Sequence record: SRR31156797_1515
DNA length: 20,888 nt
Direction: 5' to 3' (one strand)
Program-made: the position numbers and the translations under genes
Notes under the pieces: generated by a model
The model's database searches: none
Told to the model about the DNA's origin: nothing
The model's input: only the letters and a program-made list of their open reading frames with translations
In this document: positions 1 through 8,932 of the stretch, piece after piece
Position numbering within the stretch: position 1 is the stretch's first letter
Layout: the number at the start of each line of letters is the position of its first letter

Positions 1-8
1 GCTTTCTA

Positions 9-17
9 TGCTATGAT
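9..17 (+). promoter_or_regulatory. Extended -10 promoter element for the pit operon
   Basis: TGcTATGAT at 9-17, about 30 nt upstream of the GTG at 49. The -35 region lies outside the window. Confidence 0.45.
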
Positions 18-48
18 TACTTCGGAATTTTTAAATGGGGGAATCTAT

Positions 49-1068
49 GTGAATATCGCTTTGTTTCTAACGATTGTCTTGTCATTAGGGGTGATTTTCG
101 TCAACGGGTGGACGGATGCGCCGAATGCTATTGCAACCGCTGTCTCCACGAGAGTCTTACGCCCGAATATCGCCATTGGCATGGCAGTCGTCATGAATTT
201 CTTAGGTGTGCTGGTGATGACGTATTTTAATGCGCAAGTTGCAGAAACCATCAGTAATATTGTGACTTTTGACTCAGGCGGGAGTTTTCGGGTCTCACAG
301 ATCGCATTAGCCGCTGCCTTGTTTTCAATTGTTGTTTGGACGGTCGCAGCTTGGTATTTTGGGATCCCAACCAGTGAATCTCACGCATTGATTGCGGGAT
401 TGACAGGGGCTGCCATGGCTCTGGGTGGTTTACATGCAGTCAACGGTGAAGAATGGATGAAAGTCTTAATCGGTCTCGTTGTGTCTACGTTAATGGGGTT
501 TATTGGTGGATTTTTGATCACGAAACTGATCGTATGGCTCTTTCGCGATACCCAACGGCGAAAAGCCAACAAAATTTTTACGGTTGGTCAAGCCATCGCG
601 GCTGGTGCCAATGCCTTCTTGCATGGTGCCCAAGATGGACAAAAATTCATGGGTGTGTTCATGTTAGGCCTTTTTTACAACAATCTTGCTGAAAAGACCG
701 GCAATGGCTTTGCCATCCCACTGTGGGTGATGGTTCTTTGTTCCTTGACCATGGGGATCGGTACATCGGTCGGTGGGATGAAGATCATTAAATCAGTGGG
801 GATGGATATGGTAAAACTGGAAAAATACCAAGGATTTTCTGCAGATGTTACTGCAGCAATCTGTTTGTTCTTGTCTTCCGTATTTGGTATCCCAGTTTCA
901 ACAACGCACACGAAAACGACCGCTATCATGGGCGTTGGAGCGTCTCGGCGTTTTTCTAGCGTTGATTGGCGCATTGTAAAAGAAATGATCTATGCTTGGA
1001 TTTTAACCTTTCCTGGCTGTGGATTGATTGCGTTTCTAATGGTCAAATTTTTATTGCTAATTTTGTGA
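49..1068 (+). CDS. pit: PiT-family inorganic phosphate transporter
   Basis: Signature motifs NGWTDAPNAIAT, GIPTSESHALI, HGAQDGQK and GIPVSTTH; multiple TM helices. GTG at 49 follows a GGGGGA RBS, whereas the track's ATG13 lies inside the -10 element. Confidence 0.93.
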   Translation: MNIALFLTIVLSLGVIFVNGWTDAPNAIATAVSTRVLRPNIAIGMAVVMNFLGVLVMTYFNAQVAETISNIVTFDSGGSFRVSQIALAAALFSIVVWTVAAWYFGIPTSESHALIAGLTGAAMALGGLHAVNGEEWMKVLIGLVVSTLMGFIGGFLITKLIVWLFRDTQRRKANKIFTVGQAIAAGANAFLHGAQDGQKFMGVFMLGLFYNNLAEKTGNGFAIPLWVMVLCSLTMGIGTSVGGMKIIKSVGMDMVKLEKYQGFSADVTAAICLFLSSVFGIPVSTTHTKTTAIMGVGASRRFSSVDWRIVKEMIYAWILTFPGCGLIAFLMVKFLLLIL

Positions 1069-1080
1069 GGAGAGAAAGTA

Positions 1081-1704
1081 ATGGCACGAAAAAAAGGATT
1101 CGATTATTTTGCAGCAATGGAGCAGTTGGCGACGAACGGCCATTTAGCTGCCAAACGTTTTTCGCTTTTGATCAACGATTATTCTGAACGAGCATTGACC
1201 GAAGCAGCAGCTGAGATTCATGCTTTGGAAAAAGAAGGGGATAAAGTGATCGCTGAGCTAACCAATGAGTTATATGATTCATTTATCACCCCTATCGATC
1301 GCGAGGACATCCTAGTCATTTCAGAGCGTCTAGATGATATTTTGGATGGCATTATGGGACTGACTTATTTATTTGAGAATTTGGTCATTACGAAGATCCG
1401 CCCTGAAACCAACTTATTTGCTGGAATGATCGTTCAAGCGACACAAGGCGTTGAAACGGCCTTAAAAGAATTTCCTAAGTTCAAAAATTCAAAAACATTG
1501 CGTCAAATGATTAATGATGTGAATACGATTGAATCAGAAGCAGACCGTTTGTATTCAAAAATGAAAAAAGCGTTATTCACAGACGAAACGGACGTTCTTG
1601 AAATCATTAAATGGAAAGATGTTTATGATCGTTTTGAATCAATTATCAACGACACCGAAAGTGCGGTGGATATTATTGACGGTATGGTAATCAAAAACAC
1701 GTGA
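1081..1704 (+). CDS. DUF47 / PhoU-like phosphate transport regulator
   Basis: Motifs IHALEKEGD, FITPIDREDI and ESEAD; GAGGAG RBS; 12 nt downstream of pit, the usual PiT-DUF47 pairing. Confidence 0.9.
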   Translation: MARKKGFDYFAAMEQLATNGHLAAKRFSLLINDYSERALTEAAAEIHALEKEGDKVIAELTNELYDSFITPIDREDILVISERLDDILDGIMGLTYLFENLVITKIRPETNLFAGMIVQATQGVETALKEFPKFKNSKTLRQMINDVNTIESEADRLYSKMKKALFTDETDVLEIIKWKDVYDRFESIINDTESAVDIIDGMVIKNT

Positions 1705-1725
1705 GGAACTAGAGACCTTTCAAAC

Positions 1726-1776
1726 AAAAAAAGAGCAACTCTTGGGCAGGTAAGTGCCACAAGAGTTGCTCTTTTT
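1726..1776. terminator. Bidirectional intrinsic terminator between convergent DUF47 and uppP
   Basis: Perfect 17-bp inverted repeat AAAAAGAGCAACTCTTG (1728-1744) / CAAGAGTTGCTCTTTTT (1760-1776), inner GGCA/TGCC pair, with A-tract and T-tract ends. Confidence 0.85.
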
Positions 1777-1778
1777 GC

Positions 1779-2612
1779 TTATAATTGGATCAGCCAATAG
1801 CCGATCAAAATGATTCCTAAAACGATACGATACCATCCAAATACGGTAAAATCGTTACGCTTGATGTAGTTCATCAAGAAACGGATCGCGATGATCGAAA
1901 CGATGAATGAGACGATGGTTCCTGTTAATAAGATGACGGTTCCTTGGAAATCAAAGGCATTGCCATCTTTCAAAAACTTGAAGATTTTCAAGGCACTGGC
2001 ACCAAACATGGTGGGAATACCTAAGAAAAATGAAAATTCAGCAGCAACATAACGAGAAGCGCCGATCATGATAGCACCTAAGATAGTAGCACCAGAACGA
2101 GAAGTTCCTGGGATCAATGCCAATACCTGGAACATGCCGACAATCAAGGCCGCTTTGTAGGTGAATTTGTTCAAATCGGTACATTTCGGTGCTTTATTCT
2201 TGTTTCGTTTTTCAACTACGATAAAGCCGATCCCATAAACGATCAAGACGATCGAAACGGAGAAAAAGTTGTAGAAGTGCGCATCTAACCAATCATCTAA
2301 CGGCAATCCGATAATAACCGATGGCAAGACCGCAACAATAACTTTAAACCATAACGTCCACGTATCTTTTTTCTCTATTTCATTTTTTTGTGGGGAAAAA
2401 GGGTTCAGTTTATGGAAATATAAGTAGACGACCGCTAGTATCGCGCCCAATTGAATGACAACATTGAACATCGTCATAAATTCGGGGGTAACATTCAAAC
2501 CGATAAATTCGTCGGCAAGAATCAAGTGACCAGTGCTGCTAATTGGCAGCCATTCCGTGATCCCTTCAATGATCCCAAATAAAATCGCTTTTATAAAATT
2601 TGTAAAAAACAT
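1779..2612 (-). CDS. uppP: Undecaprenyl-diphosphate phosphatase (BacA/UppP)
   Basis: Motifs [17 protein letters not shown] and [13 protein letters not shown] at 2612 follows an AGAAAGGA RBS. Confidence 0.96.
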   Translation of the reverse strand: MFFTNFIKAILFGIIEGITEWLPISSTGHLILADEFIGLNVTPEFMTMFNVVIQLGAILAVVYLYFHKLNPFSPQKNEIEKKDTWTLWFKVIVAVLPSVIIGLPLDDWLDAHFYNFFSVSIVLIVYGIGFIVVEKRNKNKAPKCTDLNKFTYKAALIVGMFQVLALIPGTSRSGATILGAIMIGASRYVAAEFSFFLGIPTMFGASALKIFKFLKDGNAFDFQGTVILLTGTIVSFIVSIIAIRFLMNYIKRNDFTVFGWYRIVLGIILIGYWLIQL

Positions 2613-2647
2613 TGGTCCAGTCCTTTCTATGACAAAATACAACTCTT

Positions 2648-2676
2648 AGTATACCGTTTCCTGATTCGAATACCAA
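2648..2676 (-). promoter_or_regulatory. SigA-type promoter of uppP
   Basis: Minus strand TTGGTA-17 bp-TATACT. Confidence 0.6.
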
Positions 2677-2686
2677 TCTTTTTCCT

Positions 2687-2726
2687 AAAAAAAGAGGGCA
2701 GTTTTTAAAACAAAAACTGCTCCTTT
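2687..2726 (-). terminator. Intrinsic terminator after the MBL hydrolase/histidine phosphatase operon
   Basis: Minus strand GGAGCAGTTTTT-loop-AAAAACTGCCC followed by TCTTTTTTT. Confidence 0.7.
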
Positions 2727-2760
2727 CTTGAAGAAATTGATTAGCCGTCAGAGGTTTCTC

Positions 2761-3465
2761 TTAGGACAAAAGCTCTTGAGAGAGCGCTAAGCCTTTTTTG
2801 ATGTATTCTGTGTTACCAACTTCGGCGATGGTAAAGCTGCCGTCTTCGTAGATCAGTCGAGTGACCGAACCATTTTCAATATCCATACGAACATTGTTCT
2901 CATCATTGATCAGATGCAAAAGAAAAGCGATCGTTAAGCCGTGAGACACAACTAACGCATTGCCGCCGCCTTTTTTCTCAACGCGGTAGGCGATATCTTC
3001 AAACCCTGTTTTGACACGTTCGGTCAAAACATCAAAGGTTTCCGCCCAATTGGCTGTATCGGCGTGGTAGATCGCATTGGCGATCGCCTCAAACGTGACA
3101 TGATTAGCAATCATCTCATCATAATCAGGAAAATCAAGAATCCGCGGCAGAACGCCCCACATTTCTGCATCATAGGCCCCTTCAAGTGAGCCAAAGCACC
3201 ATTCACGAATCCGTTTGTCGATGTGATAAGGGATCTCCGGTCCTCTGACATGTTCACCCAGTATCAGACGCATGGTTTCAATCGCTCGACCGCTGTCACT
3301 GGATACTGCTTCTACAAAATCCACATCGCGTAACCCAAGGCCTAAATAGTGGATGCCTTGTTCACCGGTTCGAGTCAATGGTGTGTCACACCAGCCTTGC
3401 ACCCGCTGCAATGTGTTAAACATTGTTTTTCCGTGACGCACGACATACAATTCCGTCTTTGCCAT
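2761..3465 (-). CDS. Histidine phosphatase (phosphoglycerate mutase superfamily)
   Basis: Catalytic LYVVRHGKT, plus DTPLT, REWCFG and LVVSHG; AAGGAGG RBS. Confidence 0.9.
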   Translation of the reverse strand: MAKTELYVVRHGKTMFNTLQRVQGWCDTPLTRTGEQGIHYLGLGLRDVDFVEAVSSDSGRAIETMRLILGEHVRGPEIPYHIDKRIREWCFGSLEGAYDAEMWGVLPRILDFPDYDEMIANHVTFEAIANAIYHADTANWAETFDVLTERVKTGFEDIAYRVEKKGGGNALVVSHGLTIAFLLHLINDENNVRMDIENGSVTRLIYEDGSFTIAEVGNTEYIKKGLALSQELLS

Positions 3466-3499
3466 AACTAGTTATTCCTCCTTTTGATTCGTCATACGT

Positions 3500-4120
3500 T
3501 TATGCGTTAAAAAACGGATTGGTCCGTTTCTCAATTTCGATCGTTGTTGGTTCTCCGTGGCCAGGATAGACCGCCATTTGATTCGGTAAAACAAAGAGTT
3601 GCGTTTGGATGCTGGCCAGCAATTGTTCCAAATTTCCGGTTGGCAGGTCTGTCCGACCAATGCTACCTTTAAATAAGGCGTCTCCGGAAACGACAAAATT
3701 GTCAAAAATAAAACTGACGCTACCAATGGAATGACCCGGGGTTGCAACAACCTTAAAGGACATGCCAGCTATCTCGTACTCTTTCAATTCTAGCTCGAAT
3801 TCAGCTGGACGTGCGGTGATGGTTCCTAATTCAGGATGACGGCCAGAAAGGTTTTTCATAGGATCACTTAGCCATCCTTGCTCAAGCGGACTCACGTAAA
3901 CGGGGATCTGATAATAATCCCGCAAATGGTCAACTGCGCCGATATGGTCATAATGAGTGTGGGTCAATAAAATCGCTGCTGGTTTTGCGCCTGTTTTTTC
4001 GATCTCAGCGATCAATCTCGCTGCTTCTGCTCCAGGATCAATAATCAACAAAACATCTTCTTTCCAAATTAGGTAACAATTTTCTTGAACGGGTCCTGTC
4101 ACTAAACCAATGATTTTCAT
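3500..4120 (-). CDS. MBL-fold metallo-hydrolase (glyoxalase II-like)
   Basis: THTHYDHIG (HxHxDH), TPGHS, SGDALF and YPGHG. ATG at 4120 follows AGGAGG. Confidence 0.9.
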   Translation of the reverse strand: MKIIGLVTGPVQENCYLIWKEDVLLIIDPGAEAARLIAEIEKTGAKPAAILLTHTHYDHIGAVDHLRDYYQIPVYVSPLEQGWLSDPMKNLSGRHPELGTITARPAEFELELKEYEIAGMSFKVVATPGHSIGSVSFIFDNFVVSGDALFKGSIGRTDLPTGNLEQLLASIQTQLFVLPNQMAVYPGHGEPTTIEIEKRTNPFFNA

Positions 4121-4218
4121 GCTAAAACCTCCTAGGATCACAAATACTTGTGTCTGACTATAAGTATAGCTTAAAGTATAAGAGGAAACAAAGAAAGGTT
4201 TTTAGGAGTGAAAAATTA

Positions 4219-4632
4219 ATGATAAAAACGATAAACGCAGAAGACAATCGTCAGGCAGTCTGTCAATGGCTAAATCATTCAACGAAAAAAACAGAGGCAG
4301 TGAGTGCCTTTTCCGATCAAGAGCAGCTTTCATTTGCTTTTTTTGACAATCAGGATCAACTTGGTGGGGTGATTGGAAAACGGACAGGCAATACGATCCA
4401 TATTCAATTGTTAGCAGTTGATCCAAGCCATCAGAATCAGGGGATCGGGAAACAATTGATAAAAGCACTTTTTGATCACGGTAAAAAAGCGGGGTGTCGT
4501 TCCGTGACGGTTACCACCCAAGACTACCAAGCGCCGCAATTCTACCAAGCAGTCGGCTTCGAACCGTTTGCTGTGCTTACGGATACACCTGTGCTTGGCA
4601 CGGATAGGCTTTACTTCGTGAAGATGCTGTGA
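4219..4632 (+). CDS. GNAT family N-acetyltransferase
   Basis: Acetyl-CoA motif LAVDPSHQNQGIGKQL and QAPQFYQAVGF. ATG at 4219 follows AGGAG. Confidence 0.85.
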   Translation: MIKTINAEDNRQAVCQWLNHSTKKTEAVSAFSDQEQLSFAFFDNQDQLGGVIGKRTGNTIHIQLLAVDPSHQNQGIGKQLIKALFDHGKKAGCRSVTVTTQDYQAPQFYQAVGFEPFAVLTDTPVLGTDRLYFVKML

Positions 4633-4746
4633 TCAACCTTTGGCAGGCAGGTGATAAGGATAACCAATAGTTTGATGAGAGAAAAGCTTAGAATTATTGT
4701 GGGAATTCGAAAATTTTTCTAAGAAACCGCATTAGCAAAAAACTGC

Positions 4747-4755
4747 TGTTATACT
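4747..4755 (+). promoter_or_regulatory. Extended -10 promoter upstream of the lipoprotein gene
   Basis: TGtTATACT at 4747-4755, implying a ~150 nt leader. Confidence 0.4.
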
Positions 4756-4910
4756 AATTAAAATAAGAAAGCGTTGATTCGTTTGAAACGGGTCTAGTTT
4801 TTGACGAAAGCATGAACATTCTTCGTGACCAACTTCGAGGAAAGTGTGTGATCTGTATCTTGCGTTAGTTTTGATTGGTATACCTCAACTCTTTGTAAGA
4901 AGGTGTTTTT

Positions 4911-5447
4911 ATGAAAAAATCCCTGCAATTTTTTTTCACTCTATGCTTCGCCGCGCTCGCTTTAGTGAGCTGTGGCCAAGAGGAGCTAACCATCAACGAT
5001 TCGAAAGAAGTTTCTGAAACTGTTACTTCCGCCTCAAAAACGGTTGAAAATGGCGACCTTGATTTGATGCTGATCCAAGATGAGAGTGTCATCTTTCCGC
5101 AAAGCCAAGGGGTTTATGATTTTCATGAGAATGAGTTGACGATCGTTAAGCAGTATTTGCCGATGGCAGATTTAGAAGATAGTTCAGCCAGCTTTAGTGA
5201 TGTTGCCTTGTATGAAGGACAAATCGAAAGTGATTTTCAGCGTCATTTTTCCCATTCAGAGGTACAGTTGTCCAACGACCCTTATCAAATTTATGAGATC
5301 ACCTATCAAGATGCATCATACACGGTTGAAGGGAAGCATTTGACGATCAAAGCAGATGGACGGACCTTTGAGTTCACCTTAGATCTAGACAATCAACAAG
5401 CTTTTGACCAAAATGGTGTCAGTTATGATATTCAAGTCGATCAATAA
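4911..5447 (+). CDS. Hypothetical lipoprotein
   Basis: MKK, a hydrophobic stretch and lipobox LVS-C; acidic mature domain; GAAGGTG RBS. Confidence 0.75.
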   Translation: MKKSLQFFFTLCFAALALVSCGQEELTINDSKEVSETVTSASKTVENGDLDLMLIQDESVIFPQSQGVYDFHENELTIVKQYLPMADLEDSSASFSDVALYEGQIESDFQRHFSHSEVQLSNDPYQIYEITYQDASYTVEGKHLTIKADGRTFEFTLDLDNQQAFDQNGVSYDIQVDQ

Positions 5448-5457
5448 ATATCTTTCA

Positions 5458-5505
5458 AAAAATAGCCCTGCTTTACTTGCTTAGGTGAGTAGAGTAGGCT
5501 TTTTT
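5458..5505 (+). terminator. Intrinsic terminator after the lipoprotein gene
   Basis: AGCC-CTGCTTTACTTGC / GTGAGTAGAGTAG-GCT stem (G-U rich) with TTAG loop, then a T run. Confidence 0.65.
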
Positions 5506-5706
5506 GTAAATCCTTCGCCAAACCCATTTTCTGGAAGAAAAAATGAAGTCAATTATCTGATGAGTAGGTGTTTTGTTGCAAGTGGTTTTTTCATGGTGAT
5601 AAAACCTGTTTGGATAGGATACTCTCCGCAGAGGATGAAAAGCTGTTTCTGTTCGCTTTTCCAAAAGTAATCTATCCGCTATAATGGCAAACGAGAAGGT
5701 GAACAC

Positions 5707-8196
5707 GTGTATAAAGGAAAAGTTGCGGTTAGAAAAATCGTAGAATTTATTTTGCGCCGAGGCGATATTGATAGCCGCAAAGTCAGTAATCATACCGCGC
5801 AAGAAGGCGCCCGTATCCATCGCCAACTACAAAAAGAGGCTGGGGATGCGTATCAAAAAGAAGTCTTTTTCAAACGAGAAAGCCAAATTGAGAAAGATTC
5901 GATCACTGTCGAAGGACGTGCCGATGGTCTCTTTTTTGATGCAACTGTTAATTCTTGGGTGATCGATGAGATCAAAACTTCAGAACCAGCGTTCGAAGAT
6001 ATCCCTGAAGATCAAATCGATTTGTTTTTTGCCCAGGGAATGGTTTATGCTTATTTGTTTTTACTACAAGTAAATGAACAAGCAGCGCTTAGTGACAGTG
6101 AAAATCAAGAGAAACCAGAAGCAGAACCTACTGCTGAAGGTAATGATCCGAAGAGACCCATCGATCGAATCGCCGTACAATTGACTTATTATCAAACCAC
6201 TGAAAAGCTGACCACCCGTACGAGAAGAACATTTCAGTTTTCAGAATTAGCTGTTTTTTATGAAGAATTACTTCAGGAATATCATAAATGGTTAGTTTTT
6301 CAAGAGAATTGGCGCCGTGTCCGCAATACGTCTTTGCAGCTGCTGTCTTTTCCCTTTGAAACCTTTCGCAAAGGGCAGCGAGAGTTAGCAGCAGCGGCGT
6401 ATAAAACACTAAAAAATGGCAAGCGACTTTTTGCGGAAGCGCCAACTGGAACTGGAAAAACCATGTCAACGCTGTTTCCCGCATTAAAAGTGCTAGGGGA
6501 AGAAGGGGCTGATCGGGTCTTTTATCTGACGGCGAAGACGATCACCAGACAAGTGGCCGAAGATGCACTGAGCAAGTTAGCAGACAACGGTAGTGAAACC
6601 AAAAGTGTCACGATTACCGCCAAAGACAAAATCTGTTTTTTAGATGAACGAAACTGTACGCCAGAACACTGTGCGTATGCGCAAGGCTATTACAATCGAA
6701 TCAATGAAGCATTATGGGATCTGTTGCATCACGAGAACCAAATAACCCGAGAAGTGATCGAGACCTACGGAAAGAAACATACGGTCTGTCCCTTCGAGCT
6801 TTCACTGGATGTCAGTGTCTTTTGCGATGTCATTATTGGTGATTATAATTATTTGTTTGATCCCACCGTTTATTTGCGAAGATTTTTTGAGGAGCCGGAT
6901 GAAGAATATTTCTTTCTAGTGGATGAGGCCCATAACTTAGTCAACCGTTCCAAAGAAATGTATTCGGCAACCATTACCCGGCAGCCATTTAAGGAATTAA
7001 AGAAGAAACTATCCAATGACCAGCAAAAATTAAAACACGCCCTAAACAAAGTTGACAAAGAATTTGCGGCTATTGCTCAAATAGCAAAAGAGGAAGAGTG
7101 GGAATACCACCATCAAGCAGCTCCCCATGAAACGATGGTCAATCAGCTCTACAAAGTAGCTGAATTGATGAAGGAATGGTTGCCGGCAAATCCTGAGCAT
7201 GAATTGCAAGAAGAAGTGCTGCAAGTGTATTTTGAAGCTAACCATTATTTGAAGATCAGTGAATTTTATGATGATCACTACGAAACGACGGTGGAGATCG
7301 ACCGCTATGATATCAAACTACGGCAATTTTGCATCGAACCAGCGCCATTTTTGGAATCTGTGCTAGATAAGGGCAAGGCCAGCCTGTTGTTTTCTGCGAG
7401 CTTTACTCCTTTGTCCTATTATCAAGAGGTATTAGGAGGCGGCAATGAAGCTTTGCGCTATCGCCTGCCAAGTCCTTTTGATCCGAAAAATCAGGGGATT
7501 TTTATTGCAGACTATATCCAAACAACGTATCGCCAACGTGAAGCCAGCACTCCTGCAATCGTTGATGCAATCAAGCAAATGACCGCAGCGAAAGCGGGAA
7601 ACTATATGGTCTTTTTCCCTTCTTATCGTTACTTGGATGATGTGGCGGCAGCATTTTCCCAACAGGCGCCAGAGGTGGAGGTCTTGATTCAGGGGACAGC
7701 CATGAACGAAGCAGAGCGCGAGGCGTTTCTTGCACAGTTTCAATCTCTTGAGCGGCAACGATCATCCTTGCTAGAAACAAGTCAAGACGGACAAGAGAGC
7801 CAGCCAAAAACATTAGTGGCATTTTGTGTCCTTGGTGGAATTTTTTCTGAAGGGATCGACTTGAAAGGCGATCGCTTGATCGGTGCGGCAGTGGTAGGAG
7901 TCGGACTGCCGCAAATCAATCACGAGCAAGAATTGATTCGGGAATATTACGATGAGAAAAAAGCAGCTGGCTTTGCGTATGCCTATCAGCTGCCCGGGAT
8001 GAATAAAGTCCTGCAAGCAGCCGGTCGAGTGATCCGGGATGTCAGCGATCGCGGCGTGGTGTTATTGCTGGATCAACGTTTTCGGACACCGCGTTACCAA
8101 GAACTTTTCCCACTGCACTGGCAGCATGCCTTAAACATTCGTCGGCCGCAAGAGTTATCAAAGGCATTGACTCATTTTTGGCAAGAAAAAAACTAG
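5707..8196 (+). CDS. XPD/Rad3/DinG-family ATP-dependent DNA helicase (Fe-S) with N-terminal PD-(D/E)XK (Cas4/RecB-like) nuclease domain
   Basis: Q-motif FRKGQ, Walker A APTGTGKT, DEAH, SEGID and QAAGRVIR. Four Cys (C310, C317, C322, C361) in the Fe-S region. N-terminal EGRADG...DEIKT...QGMVY. TATAAT at 5680 and GAAGGTG RBS. Confidence 0.9.
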   Translation: MYKGKVAVRKIVEFILRRGDIDSRKVSNHTAQEGARIHRQLQKEAGDAYQKEVFFKRESQIEKDSITVEGRADGLFFDATVNSWVIDEIKTSEPAFEDIPEDQIDLFFAQGMVYAYLFLLQVNEQAALSDSENQEKPEAEPTAEGNDPKRPIDRIAVQLTYYQTTEKLTTRTRRTFQFSELAVFYEELLQEYHKWLVFQENWRRVRNTSLQLLSFPFETFRKGQRELAAAAYKTLKNGKRLFAEAPTGTGKTMSTLFPALKVLGEEGADRVFYLTAKTITRQVAEDALSKLADNGSETKSVTITAKDKICFLDERNCTPEHCAYAQGYYNRINEALWDLLHHENQITREVIETYGKKHTVCPFELSLDVSVFCDVIIGDYNYLFDPTVYLRRFFEEPDEEYFFLVDEAHNLVNRSKEMYSATITRQPFKELKKKLSNDQQKLKHALNKVDKEFAAIAQIAKEEEWEYHHQAAPHETMVNQLYKVAELMKEWLPANPEHELQEEVLQVYFEANHYLKISEFYDDHYETTVEIDRYDIKLRQFCIEPAPFLESVLDKGKASLLFSASFTPLSYYQEVLGGGNEALRYRLPSPFDPKNQGIFIADYIQTTYRQREASTPAIVDAIKQMTAAKAGNYMVFFPSYRYLDDVAAAFSQQAPEVEVLIQGTAMNEAEREAFLAQFQSLERQRSSLLETSQDGQESQPKTLVAFCVLGGIFSEGIDLKGDRLIGAAVVGVGLPQINHEQELIREYYDEKKAAGFAYAYQLPGMNKVLQAAGRVIRDVSDRGVVLLLDQRFRTPRYQELFPLHWQHALNIRRPQELSKALTHFWQEKN

Positions 8197-8285
8197 AAGC
8201 AGAGCTTTCAGGAGAGGTTGTGCAAAATCAGCAGATAAAGCTGATTTTGCCTAACCAACACGTTAGACTCTGTTCTAGTTTTTTT
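8186..8285. terminator. Long nested stem-loop / bidirectional terminator between the convergent helicase and yajQ
   Basis: Outer arms AAAAAAACTAGAAGCAGAG (8186-8204) / CTCTGTTCTAGTTTTTTT (8268-8285); inner perfect GCAAAATCAGC / GCTGATTTTGC (8222-8250). Confidence 0.65.
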
Positions 8286-8287
8286 GA

Positions 8288-8779
8288 TTAGCGATAATTT
8301 GTAAACTGTAAATCGATCGTTAAAGGCAGTTTACGCAATAATTGGATCACCTCTTGCAGATCGTCACGACTTTTGCCGGTTACCCGAATTTGATTGTCTT
8401 GAATTTGAGTTTTAACTTTTAGCTTGGCGTTTTTGATCGCAGTCGTTATTTTTTTGGCGTTTTCTTTATCGATGCCATTGATCAATTCTGCTGTTTGACG
8501 AGCTTTTGCTCCCAAGGCATGCTCCGTTTCGCCAAATTGTATATTTTTCGTTGGTACATTCCGTTTGATCAGCTTCGCAAAGAGCACATCTTTGATTTGC
8601 TCCAACTTAAATTCGTCATCTCCAACGATCGTCAGTTTGCCCTCAGTCATCTTGATTTCTACCGTGGAGCCTTTAAAATCAAATCGGTTTTTCAATTCTT
8701 TTTCCGCCTGTTGAATGGCGTTTTTCACTTCTTCCGTGTTGATCTCAGATACGACATCAAAACTTGCTTCTTTTGCCAA
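8288..8779 (-). CDS. yajQ: YajQ family nucleotide (c-di-GMP)-binding protein
   Basis: SFDVVSE, RFDFKG, RVTGKSRDDLQ and LQFTNYR. TTG at 8779 follows GAGAGGAG; extended -10 TGtTAAAAT at 8819-8811. Confidence 0.93.
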   Translation of the reverse strand: MAKEASFDVVSEINTEEVKNAIQQAEKELKNRFDFKGSTVEIKMTEGKLTIVGDDEFKLEQIKDVLFAKLIKRNVPTKNIQFGETEHALGAKARQTAELINGIDKENAKKITTAIKNAKLKVKTQIQDNQIRVTGKSRDDLQEVIQLLRKLPLTIDLQFTNYR

Positions 8780-8932
8780 AATCAATCACTCCTCTCATCT
8801 CTTACCTATGATTTTAACATGGAGGCGAACGATGCGGGAATCAAAAGTAAATTTTTGCAAATAATTGTTTCATTTTTTCACACAAACTGCTATTCTTTGG
8901 AAGGAGATTTTTAGTGAAGGAGCTAGATCATT

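Noticed and set aside
45-1187. Alternative-frame ORFs 45-251, 381-572, 453-692, 675-974 and 966-1187
   Set aside because: Shadow ORFs overlapping the well-supported pit/DUF47 genes; no recognisable motifs.
4765-4779. CcpA cre-like site AAGAAAGCGTTGATT
   Set aside because: Three mismatches to the consensus, including the conserved T of the TG and the 3' C.
5557-5610. Hammerhead-like CTGATGA core
   Set aside because: No stem II followed by GAAA and no closing stems.
5642-5715. LexA/SOS box at the helicase promoter (GTTCG half-site; TGAAC-ACGT-GTATA)
   Set aside because: Only half-site matches to CGAAC-N4-GTTCG.
5707-8196. CRISPR-Cas (type IV CasDinG / Cas4) system
   Set aside because: No repeat-spacer array or other cas genes in the window; neighbours are housekeeping genes.
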